DNA of 64,000 bases from Candidatus Babeliales bacterium (GTDB lineage: Bacteria > Babelota > Babeliae > Babelales > RVW-14). The notes under the pieces are model-generated. The model saw only the letters and a program-made list of their open reading frames with translations. It was not told the DNA's origin and did not search any database. The stretch lies in NCBI GenBank assembly GCA_041662445.1, contig JBAZSL010000003.1:842-64841 (forward strand), in the 5' to 3' direction. A program made the translations under genes and the position numbers. Below are positions 29,416 to 37,853 of the stretch, piece by piece (within the stretch, counting starts at the first letter, position 1; each line of letters begins with the position of its first letter).

Positions 29416-30725
29416 TCCTGTTATTTCTTGCATCGCTTGTTGTTCGTCTTGCTTTTTTCAGCGCGTACACGCGTCATCATATTACCGAAAATCTTGTTTT
29501 TGATGCCGAACAATATCATCATGTTGCCTTACAAATTGCGCATGGTAACGGCATTACCACCAAAGAGGGTACGCCAAATTTTTATCGTCTTCCCGGATAT
29601 CCACTTTTTTTAGGCGCCTGTTATGCCGCCACCAATGATACTGTTGAAACGACCTTATGGGTACAAGTGATACTTGCAAGCATTATTCCCCTTTTGATCT
29701 GGGTGCTGGGCATGGTGATGTTCCCTTCCGTGCCGCTGGTTGCTTGGTTGGCTTCACTCCTTTCGGTGTTTCATCTAGGGTTAGTAATCTATGCGGGCAT
29801 GCTATTGAGCGAATCACTTTTTCTCATTTTTTTTCTTCTCTTTCTCATACTTTTTTTTACGGCGTTGGCAGGTGGTCGATCGTCCATGTGGCTTATGGCA
29901 AGCTCCGGAGTGATCTTGGGTTTTGCGTCACTGATTAGGGCGATAGGCCCTTACGTTATTGCACTATCGTTTATGTTGATTGTTATATGTTGTGCAACAT
30001 GGCGCCTGCGTCTACGTATGATGGCAATACTTGGAAGTAGTTGGCTTCTTGTTGTTGGCATGTGGCTTGTACGTAATTTTCTTTTGACCGGGGCTTTTTT
30101 CTTTCACACGTTGCCCGGCCTTCATTTTTTACAATATTCTGCCGTGTATGTAGTCATGGACCAGGATGATCTCGATTATTTTCAGGCCAAAAAGAAAGTG
30201 TTGTCTGCCTGGGAAAAGATGGTTGAAGATGAAGAACATGCGTTAGGAAAAAAACTTTCTGAGTATGAGCGCTACGCCCGTGCAGAGCGTTTGGCGTTTC
30301 GTATTCTTGCCGCGCATCCACTCAATGCGCTTAAGCATGCCTTCACGCATATTGTGCGTACGTGTGGAACATTAAACTCTACCCTCTTGCTCTATGTGCC
30401 GCGTGGTACTGTTTATGGAAAAGATGCTTCACTGTGGTTCAAAATAAAACTCTATCTTACGCCACGAGTTCTAGACCCGTGGCTGATACCAATTATTTAC
30501 TGGGAACTTGTGTTGTCGTTGTTTATTGTTGTGGGAATGATGGTGGTACTGTTGCGTGCCCTCTGGGATCGCTGTGCGCGCCGCATAGTAGTGATGATTC
30601 TGCCTTTTGTCATACTTTTTGTTGGCATAACGCTTGCGTATGGATGTGCGCGCTTGCGCCTACCCGTCGAACCACTTTTGTTGTTGGGTGCTGTGTATGG
30701 TTGGTTGGGCCTGTTCCAAACGTGA
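29367..30725 (+). CDS. Polytopic GT-C-like glycosyltransferase, family A paralog 3
   Basis: FDAEQYHHVALQIAHGNGITTKEGTPNFYRLPGYPLFLG, WLVRNFLLTGAFFFHTLPGLHFL, and YGCARLRLPVEP. The start overlaps the upstream gene (ATG 29367 or 29373, or GTG 29388). Confidence 0.65.
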   Translation: MVMVTWSVVKKEKYFLILLFLASLVVRLAFFSAYTRHHITENLVFDAEQYHHVALQIAHGNGITTKEGTPNFYRLPGYPLFLGACYAATNDTVETTLWVQVILASIIPLLIWVLGMVMFPSVPLVAWLASLLSVFHLGLVIYAGMLLSESLFLIFFLLFLILFFTALAGGRSSMWLMASSGVILGFASLIRAIGPYVIALSFMLIVICCATWRLRLRMMAILGSSWLLVVGMWLVRNFLLTGAFFFHTLPGLHFLQYSAVYVVMDQDDLDYFQAKKKVLSAWEKMVEDEEHALGKKLSEYERYARAERLAFRILAAHPLNALKHAFTHIVRTCGTLNSTLLLYVPRGTVYGKDASLWFKIKLYLTPRVLDPWLIPIIYWELVLSLFIVVGMMVVLLRALWDRCARRIVVMILPFVILFVGITLAYGCARLRLPVEPLLLLGAVYGWLGLFQT

Positions 30726-32043
30726 CATATTTTTTTTACTCCTGATTTTTGTTGGCGCTTTTTGTGTGCGATTTCTTTTTTTTAAGGCATTTCTTCAGCA
30801 CAATCCTATTCAACTTGCTTACGATTCAGGCCACTATCACACAATTGCCTGTTCGATGGTCCAGGGCAATGGAATAAGCAATCCGGATGGGTCACCGCAT
30901 TTCTATCGCCTTCCGGGATATCCATTGTTTTTGGCTGCATGTTATTGGCTGTGTGGTGGGAGTGTTGAGCGTATGTTGGTGATGCAACAGATACTTGCAA
31001 GTTGCATTCCCCTCCTTGTCTTTGTGCTTTTTCTACAGCTTTTTCCCGGCGCATATGTTGGTGCCTGGGCTGCAGCATGTGTTGCTGCTGTGCATCCAGG
31101 ATTTTTAATTCTTTCGGGTCTTGTTATGTCAGAGACATTATTTGTTTTTTTGTTACTCGCATTTCTGATACTTTTTTTTATCTCATGGAGTCGCCCATAT
31201 GTCGTATCGTATGTCTGCGGTGCTGGTTTCTTACTTGGTATAACATCGCTTGTCCGTCCCGTTGGCGTATGGTTACTGGCACTTTGTATGATGGTACTTT
31301 TATGCCGTCCATTGTGTTGGCGCATGCGATTTTTCCAAGAGCTCTGTTTTTTAGGCATATGGCTTATTCCCGTTGGAGGGTGGGTATTACGTAATTTTTT
31401 GCACACGGGAGTTTTTTTCTTACATACCTTTTCTGGTCCACATCTACTCAACCATGGTGCTGTGCGTGTTACTGCATCTGCTTATCATATTCCCTACGCG
31501 CAGGCACAACGCCGAGTATACGATGATCTACGGGCCAAAAAATCTTTGTCGCGCGAATGGGAATGGTCATCGGCGGTAGAACGTTATGCTCTTATTTGTT
31601 TGATTGAGCATCCCTGGCATGCGTGCAAACTTTGTGGCGTAAATATTTTCAAAACTATTTTTTCCCTGTATGCCTCAGAGCTGTTATGCATTGATTCTGG
31701 CGGAGCATTGCCATCATATGATGCACCGCATAGTTATCAAGAAAAGATACTACGCTTTGTAGCTCCTTCTGTTCACAATAAATGGATTATACCGATGATT
31801 TACGGTGAAATAATACTTCAGGTATTGATACTTCTTGGAGCGTTTGGGTGGTGCGTGATGTCAGTTGTGAATTCGCGTCGCATGACATCGCAACTCTGGA
31901 GCATGTTTGCACTATCATGTATTTTAATTCTTCTCTCTTGTGTGTGCGGCTTTGCTCGATTGCGATTGCCAGTTGAACCGTTTTTCATTATGTTGGCAAT
32001 GTCGTTTTGGAGTGAGCGTATGCATGGGAAGAGAGTAGTATGA
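30697..32043 (+). CDS. Polytopic GT-C-like glycosyltransferase, family A paralog 4
   Basis: YDSGHYHTIACSMVQGNGISNPDGSPHFYRLPGYPLFLA, SLVRPVGVW, WVLRNFLHTGVFFLHTFSGPHLL, and GFARLRLPVEP. The ORF opens at TTG 30634; ATG 30697 overlaps the upstream gene by 29 nt. Confidence 0.65.
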   Translation: MVGWACSKRDIFFLLLIFVGAFCVRFLFFKAFLQHNPIQLAYDSGHYHTIACSMVQGNGISNPDGSPHFYRLPGYPLFLAACYWLCGGSVERMLVMQQILASCIPLLVFVLFLQLFPGAYVGAWAAACVAAVHPGFLILSGLVMSETLFVFLLLAFLILFFISWSRPYVVSYVCGAGFLLGITSLVRPVGVWLLALCMMVLLCRPLCWRMRFFQELCFLGIWLIPVGGWVLRNFLHTGVFFLHTFSGPHLLNHGAVRVTASAYHIPYAQAQRRVYDDLRAKKSLSREWEWSSAVERYALICLIEHPWHACKLCGVNIFKTIFSLYASELLCIDSGGALPSYDAPHSYQEKILRFVAPSVHNKWIIPMIYGEIILQVLILLGAFGWCVMSVVNSRRMTSQLWSMFALSCILILLSCVCGFARLRLPVEPFFIMLAMSFWSERMHGKRVV

Positions 32044-33479
32044 AAACTAACGCAAAAAAGGAAGCGCTTATCATTGGCTCAGGGCCGGCAGGGCTTACCG
32101 CTGCACTTGAACTTGCACGATCTGAAAAGCTCAGAGTGCTTGTTGTTGAAAAAGAAAATGTGGTTGGTGGGCTTGCTAAAACTATCGAATACAAAAGATG
32201 CCGTTTCGATATTGGTCCGCATCATTACCTTACTGAATCAGCTAAAGTATTGCAGTGGTGGCGTGAGCGTATGAAAGATGACTTTCATATGTATAAGCGC
32301 TTTACGCGCATCTACTATAAGAAAAAATTTTTTAACTACCCGCTCGAACCGCTCAACGTTATCAAAGGACTCAGCTTTGCCGAATGTCTGCGTTGTGTTG
32401 CCAGTTATCTTAAGGTGCGCATTTTTCCGATTCGTCGTGTAAAATCGTTTCAAGATTGGGTAACCAATAAATTTGGCCGTCGTCTTTATTCAATGTTTTT
32501 TAAAACGTATACAGAAAAATTATGGGGTATTCCTTGTACCACACTTTCAGCAGATTGGGCATCCCAACGCATCAAAGGATTTTCTCTTTTCCATGCAATT
32601 TTTTATGCCTTTTTTGGTCGTTGGTTTATCAATAAGCCGCGTACCATTCGTGATACGTTTTACTATCCATCACGTGGTTCTGGTACCTTGTGGGAACATG
32701 CTGCCCTTGAGCTCCAAAATTATGATAAGGCACGAGTTCTTTTGCGGACCGAGGTTGTTGCAATAGAACATGCCGAGCATGAAATCACTGCGGTATGGGT
32801 ACGTACTATTTCCTCCGCTAAGGGTGCAGCGTCAACTCTTAAACATCATGGAATTGATTATCTTATCTCGTCTATGCCCTTACGGCATTTTGTTTTATCA
32901 ATGGATCCGCTTCCACCTGAAGCAGTTGTCAACGCTGCGCAAGCTCTTCGTTATCGCGGATTGATTATCATTAATCTTATCGTCAACAAAGTTTCGATAT
33001 GTCCTGATCATTGGTTGTATATACATGACAAGGATGTTGCGATGGTGCGTTTGGATAACATGAATAATTTTTCCCTGCGTCTTGTCGATGATGCAACAAC
33101 ACACACAACATTATGTCTTGAATATTTTGCATGGCCCGATGATAGCGAATGGAAAATGGCTGACAAGGATCTTGTTAAACGTGGCGCTGAAGAGCTGGAA
33201 AAAATTGGTCTTGCTCATGCATCCGATGTTATTGATGGTACGGTGGTGCGTGTTGGTGAGGCATATCCGGTTTACGATGAGGGATATGATCAGCACGTTC
33301 AGGTAGTGCGTTCGTATTTAGCACAATTTCGTAATCTTCATCTTGTAGGGCGTAATGCATTGCACCAATACAATAATATGGATACAGCAATGCTTACCGC
33401 GTTTGATGCTGTTGACAAAATTCTTGCTGAACAACCACAGCCGGTAGCGCAACCATCCTCATTATCATCTCTCACGTAA
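32040..33479 (+). CDS. FAD/NAD(P)-binding oxidoreductase of the HemY/amine-oxidase/UDP-galactopyranose-mutase-like superfamily
   Basis: N-terminal dinucleotide fold ALIIGSGPAGLTAALELAR...VVEKENVVGGLAKT. The C-terminal VGRNALHQYNNMDTAMLTAF resembles the GR..Y.Y.NMD tail of Glf-like enzymes. ATGA overlap with the upstream gene. Confidence 0.7.
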   Translation: MKTNAKKEALIIGSGPAGLTAALELARSEKLRVLVVEKENVVGGLAKTIEYKRCRFDIGPHHYLTESAKVLQWWRERMKDDFHMYKRFTRIYYKKKFFNYPLEPLNVIKGLSFAECLRCVASYLKVRIFPIRRVKSFQDWVTNKFGRRLYSMFFKTYTEKLWGIPCTTLSADWASQRIKGFSLFHAIFYAFFGRWFINKPRTIRDTFYYPSRGSGTLWEHAALELQNYDKARVLLRTEVVAIEHAEHEITAVWVRTISSAKGAASTLKHHGIDYLISSMPLRHFVLSMDPLPPEAVVNAAQALRYRGLIIINLIVNKVSICPDHWLYIHDKDVAMVRLDNMNNFSLRLVDDATTHTTLCLEYFAWPDDSEWKMADKDLVKRGAEELEKIGLAHASDVIDGTVVRVGEAYPVYDEGYDQHVQVVRSYLAQFRNLHLVGRNALHQYNNMDTAMLTAFDAVDKILAEQPQPVAQPSSLSSLT

Positions 33480-33488
33480 CGGGTAATT

Positions 33489-35444
33489 ATGTGTGGAATT
33501 GCAGGATTTTATAATCTTGGTCGCAGCAATTTTTTTGTACATGAGTTGTTGCTTATGCGTATGCAACAGCGTCTTGTTCATCGTGGGCCTGATGCTGGTG
33601 GTATATGGAAATCCCAAGAGCACGGACTCGGTCTTACTTCACGCCGGCTCAAAATTATTGATCTATCTGACGCCGGCAATCAGCCGTTTTATCACAAAGA
33701 TCACAATATTGTGCTGTGTTATAACGGTGAAATTTATAACTATCAAGTGTTGCGTACGCAACTAGAGCAACTGGGCTATCGATTCACATCAACTTCTGAT
33801 ACCGAGGTAATTGTAAACGCCTACCACGCGTGGGGAATCGACTGCTTATCGCGCTTTGAAGGCATGTTCGCCATTGCGCTCTTTGATTGCGCACGCAAAA
33901 AGAGTTATCTCGTGCGTGATCGTATGGGCGTCAAACCGCTCTATTTTTCACTTCAGGGCGGGGTGCTGAGTTTTGCATCTGAGATTAAAGCCTTATGGGA
34001 ACTGCCGTGGATTGAAAAAAAGTTTAGTAACAACGCCCTGTATCACTATCTCACGTTTATGGTTGCGCCAGCACCCTGGACCATTTTTGACGGTATCTAT
34101 AAACTGCCCGCCGGATTTTATCTTGCTGTTGACGACCAGCGACGTGTATCATTTCACGAATGGTATAATCCGCTTACGTCATTAAGCGTGTCAGAAAAAA
34201 AAGAATATAATTCAGAGCCTTTCTGCCGTGAACGCATTAGAAATTTGTTAGTTGATTCAGTTAATAAACGCATGGTGGCCGATGTTCCGGTTGCCGCGTA
34301 TCTTTCAGGTGGGCTTGATTCAAGTTTGATTGTTGCATTAATGGCGCGATCTTCGTCAAACATTGCCACGTTTACCGTTGCTTTTGATGATGATGAGAAT
34401 GATGAGCGTTCCTGGGCGCGACGCGTTGCGTCTCGTTACGGAACCGATCATCATGAAATTGTTATTACTGAGCGAGATGCCTTTGATTATTACCATCGTA
34501 TGGTGCCAGCACTTGATGAGCCGCTTGCCGATTGCGTGTGCATTCCCTTTTATTATGTTTCTCAGCTTGCTCATGACCATGGTATTAAAGTGGCACAAGT
34601 TGGGGAGGGGGCTGATGAACTTTTCTTTGGGTATGCATCATACCTACGTTATGCACGTATGATGCAACGCATGGATCGCCTAGTGCCGCCATTGCCAATG
34701 ATGATGCGTTTGGGTATTGCTCGGTCGCTTTCCCCCTTGATGCGTGGCCGGCCGTTGCGGTCTGAATTTGTCGATAATTGGCGACATGGGCGCGTGCAAT
34801 TTTGGGGCGGTGCTCTTGCCTTTGGTGAAATGCAAAAGCATAAGATTCGTGATTTTTTTGCCGACCGTTCTCCTGTGTATGATCCAATTATTGAACAAAT
34901 ATATCCCGGTATGCGACAAGATTTTGATAGCTATGCGATTGTTGATTATCACCGTTCGCGTCTTATGCAGCTTGATCCAGAAGCTGATATGGGAAAGCAG
35001 ATGCTTTATCTTGAGCTCAAACAGCGTCTTCCCGAGTTGTTGCTGATGCGTGCGGATAAAATGTCGATGGCAGCAAGCGTAGAAGCTCGTGAGCCGTATC
35101 TTGATCACAAATTAGTTGAGTGCATGCTCAATATTCCATGGCACATTCGTTGCCGTGAGGAGCAGCCAAAATATCTTCTGAAAAAAGTTGCCGAAGAGTT
35201 TCTTCCCAATGACATTGTGTATCGTCCTAAGGTCGGTTTTGCAGCTCCTACATACCGCTGGATTGAGAAGGGAACCTTCTTTAAACCATATTTTGAAAAT
35301 CTTGCGCATGATGTCGATAGTATTACCGGTCACCATGGTTGGTTGGGTGCGGTTCTGGCAGAGGATAATAAAAATGTCATGCACCGTGCGGTGCAGAATT
35401 GGACGTTGCAACAGATGTGGGCTTTTATGCGGACAATGGCGTGA
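33489..35444 (+). CDS. asnB: Asparagine synthase (glutamine-hydrolysing)-type amidotransferase
   Basis: Ntn Cys at position 2 (MCGIAGFY). PP-loop AAYLSGGLDSS. 651 aa. Sits in a glycan-locus context. Confidence 0.9.
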   Translation: MCGIAGFYNLGRSNFFVHELLLMRMQQRLVHRGPDAGGIWKSQEHGLGLTSRRLKIIDLSDAGNQPFYHKDHNIVLCYNGEIYNYQVLRTQLEQLGYRFTSTSDTEVIVNAYHAWGIDCLSRFEGMFAIALFDCARKKSYLVRDRMGVKPLYFSLQGGVLSFASEIKALWELPWIEKKFSNNALYHYLTFMVAPAPWTIFDGIYKLPAGFYLAVDDQRRVSFHEWYNPLTSLSVSEKKEYNSEPFCRERIRNLLVDSVNKRMVADVPVAAYLSGGLDSSLIVALMARSSSNIATFTVAFDDDENDERSWARRVASRYGTDHHEIVITERDAFDYYHRMVPALDEPLADCVCIPFYYVSQLAHDHGIKVAQVGEGADELFFGYASYLRYARMMQRMDRLVPPLPMMMRLGIARSLSPLMRGRPLRSEFVDNWRHGRVQFWGGALAFGEMQKHKIRDFFADRSPVYDPIIEQIYPGMRQDFDSYAIVDYHRSRLMQLDPEADMGKQMLYLELKQRLPELLLMRADKMSMAASVEAREPYLDHKLVECMLNIPWHIRCREEQPKYLLKKVAEEFLPNDIVYRPKVGFAAPTYRWIEKGTFFKPYFENLAHDVDSITGHHGWLGAVLAEDNKNVMHRAVQNWTLQQMWAFMRTMA

Positions 35445-35446
35445 CC

Positions 35447-36775
35447 ATGGACTGCTTCAATCGCAATTTCTACGCTTGCCTGCTTGCCTGCGTCGTATTT
35501 TCTCTTTTCTCGTGGTTCCTGTATTGCCAGGTATCCCCCACGCATCCACATTGTGATATTGATTCCAAAGCCTATCTTGAACGCGGATTTTTATGTGCGC
35601 AAACAGGAAGGTTTGTTACGGCAACAAGTCCAGAGCAGCCTTATTATGCTCTTGGGTATGCGGGCATCATCGGCCTTCTCTATCATATTTTTTGGCCATC
35701 CCCTGTGCTTATTATTCTCTTGCAGCTTCTTCTTGCCTGTATGTCATGCTTCATTATGATGCGCTGTGCGCGACTGCTTTTTGGCATGCGTGCCGCAGGA
35801 TGGGTGGCGTTCTTTTTTGCCGTGAGTCTTGGGTATCTTGTTTTTGTGCAATTTGTGTTGACCGAAATTGTGTTGTCGTTTTTTCTTTTACTTTCTTTTG
35901 AGCGGCTTGTGACGTGGATAACATTTCATGGTGCGTCGTTATGTCCACTTGCAACTGCCGCACTGGCTCTTGGCCTTTCAATTGCCATTAAACCAGCAGC
36001 TCTTTATAGCGTCTTTATACTTGCACCACTTATTGGATATGTTGCCGGTACATGGCGACAACGTTTAATCCGTAGTGTGGTATTTGCCCTCTGCTTTTAT
36101 ATTCCCGTTGTGGGGTACATGACCTACAACTATCATGCATTTGGTAATTTTTGCGTGAGTACACTTGATCGCGTTAATGTGTATTACTGGTTTTTTCCCA
36201 ATGTGCTTGCACATCTTCATGGCACGACATCAGATGCTGAGCGGTTGTCGCTTCTTGCGCGTTCGCAGGGTACACATAATTTTGCCGCGGTTGAAAATCT
36301 TTTTTGGCAAAGCCTGCGTGATAATCCATGGATTTTTATATATGTGTGGATCAAAAATGTTCTCAAAACATTTGCCGGCCTTTATACCACCAATCTTAAA
36401 GTGCTCATTGCGCCATCGGTGCATGGCATAGGTGTTTCGTTTTTTAAAACGTCGGGCACACTGATCACGCGTGTGTGGTCATACATTGCTGCAGGAGCTC
36501 CCGCCCCATGGGTAATCATCATAGGGTGTTGTGAGGCAGTGTTGTCATTGTTGCGCTATTTCTTGTGTCTTATAGCACTTGTAGGTCTTATACGATGTAA
36601 AAAAATAGTGCCGGTGGCGTTGTGCTGTGCATACATTGTCTATTTTTCGCTCATTACCGGGCATGATGGTTGTGCTCGATTCCGTATGATGTTTGAATTT
36701 TTGCTCATCATTCTTGCCGCTGGCGGATGGTCAATGATGATGAACCCGGCGGGGGACGTATGCAACGAAAGGTGA
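35447..36775 (+). CDS. Polytopic GT-C-like membrane protein, family C
   Basis: About 12 TM helices. First-loop acidic motif HCDIDSKAYLERGFLCAQTGRF...PEQPYYALGY. The ORF opens at 35399 inside asnB; ATG 35447 lies 2 nt after the asnB stop. Confidence 0.5.
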   Translation: MDCFNRNFYACLLACVVFSLFSWFLYCQVSPTHPHCDIDSKAYLERGFLCAQTGRFVTATSPEQPYYALGYAGIIGLLYHIFWPSPVLIILLQLLLACMSCFIMMRCARLLFGMRAAGWVAFFFAVSLGYLVFVQFVLTEIVLSFFLLLSFERLVTWITFHGASLCPLATAALALGLSIAIKPAALYSVFILAPLIGYVAGTWRQRLIRSVVFALCFYIPVVGYMTYNYHAFGNFCVSTLDRVNVYYWFFPNVLAHLHGTTSDAERLSLLARSQGTHNFAAVENLFWQSLRDNPWIFIYVWIKNVLKTFAGLYTTNLKVLIAPSVHGIGVSFFKTSGTLITRVWSYIAAGAPAPWVIIIGCCEAVLSLLRYFLCLIALVGLIRCKKIVPVALCCAYIVYFSLITGHDGCARFRMMFEFLLIILAAGGWSMMMNPAGDVCNER

Positions 36776-36779
36776 TGGT

Positions 36780-37853
36780 ATGAAAGATATTTATTGTGTC
36801 ATTCTTGCAGGCGGAGCAGGAGAGCGATTGTGGCCTCTCAGCTCATATGTGCGCCCCAAACAACTTATTCCTTTCATTAATGGCTCATCGCTGCTTGAAC
36901 AAACAGTGCAACGTGTTCAAGCGGTTGTAAAAAATAAAAATCATCTTATGGTGATGACCCATGCTGAATTGCAGGAACCTATCAAAAAAATGGTTGGTAA
37001 GCAGGCTACTGTTTTTACTGAGCCGGTAGGGCGCAACACTGGTTCAGCAATACTTTTAAGTTGTCTTGAAATTTACGACAAAAACGAAGATGCAGTTGTC
37101 GTTGTTATGCCATCCGATCATTTTATTCCCGAGTACGAGAAATTTTCCTCATTACTCTTAGCGGCTGCTGCGTTTGCTTCATGTTACGATCAACTTGTGT
37201 TGTTAGGTATCAAGCCGACAACGCCAGCAACTGGTTATGGATATGTGCGCTACAAAACTGAGCTTATGCCGGGATGGGCATGTTTTCCCGTACAAAAGTT
37301 CCACGAAAAGCCTGATAAAGAGCAGGCGCAACGGTATCTTGAACAGGGCGACATGCTGTGGAACAGCGGCATCTTTGTTGGGCGGGTTAAAGTTTTTCTT
37401 GATCAATTTCAGCTATGGGCGCCCGAGCTTTGGAGCGCCGTTGCCGCCTATCGCGCTAACCAATGCGCCTATGATCAGGTGCCCTCTATTTCCATTGATC
37501 ACGCGGTACTTGAAAAAAGCGATAAGATCGTGATTTTTCCTGCGCATTTTGAATGGCACGATGTTGGCACCTTGCCAACATTTTTGATGCTCAAAGCACA
37601 ACATGAGAAAGAATCTACTGCAACTAAGGTTATCAATGTTGATGCGACCAATAACATGGCATGCGCTATAAAAAAGGTTGTCGCATTTGTTGGCGTTGAT
37701 AATCTGTGCGTAGTCGAAACCGATGAAGCGCTCTTGGTTGTTGCGCATGATCGTGTTGAGTCTGTGCGCGATGTGTCATCAATTTTAAAGACCAAGGAGA
37801 GCAAAGATGCTGGTCGTTCAAAGAGCTCGCTGGCGACGGAGGATTCTTTGTAG
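36780..37853 (+). CDS. manC: Mannose-1-phosphate guanylyltransferase (nucleotidyltransferase domain only)
   Basis: VILAGGAGERLWPLSSYVRPKQLIPF matches the ManC/CpsB N-terminal signature. Also GYGYV and WNSGIFV. Confidence 0.85.
   Translation: MKDIYCVILAGGAGERLWPLSSYVRPKQLIPFINGSSLLEQTVQRVQAVVKNKNHLMVMTHAELQEPIKKMVGKQATVFTEPVGRNTGSAILLSCLEIYDKNEDAVVVVMPSDHFIPEYEKFSSLLLAAAAFASCYDQLVLLGIKPTTPATGYGYVRYKTELMPGWACFPVQKFHEKPDKEQAQRYLEQGDMLWNSGIFVGRVKVFLDQFQLWAPELWSAVAAYRANQCAYDQVPSISIDHAVLEKSDKIVIFPAHFEWHDVGTLPTFLMLKAQHEKESTATKVINVDATNNMACAIKKVVAFVGVDNLCVVETDEALLVVAHDRVESVRDVSSILKTKESKDAGRSKSSLATEDSL

Noticed and set aside
30942-31451. 169-aa minus-strand ORF (and similar ones at 30806..31078, 34680..35108 and 37499..37906) inside the glycan locus
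   Set aside because: They are antisense to ORFs with paralog-supported conservation or strong enzyme motifs (AsnB, ManC). Their Arg/Ser/Thr/Pro-rich translations are typical of spurious antisense ORFs.
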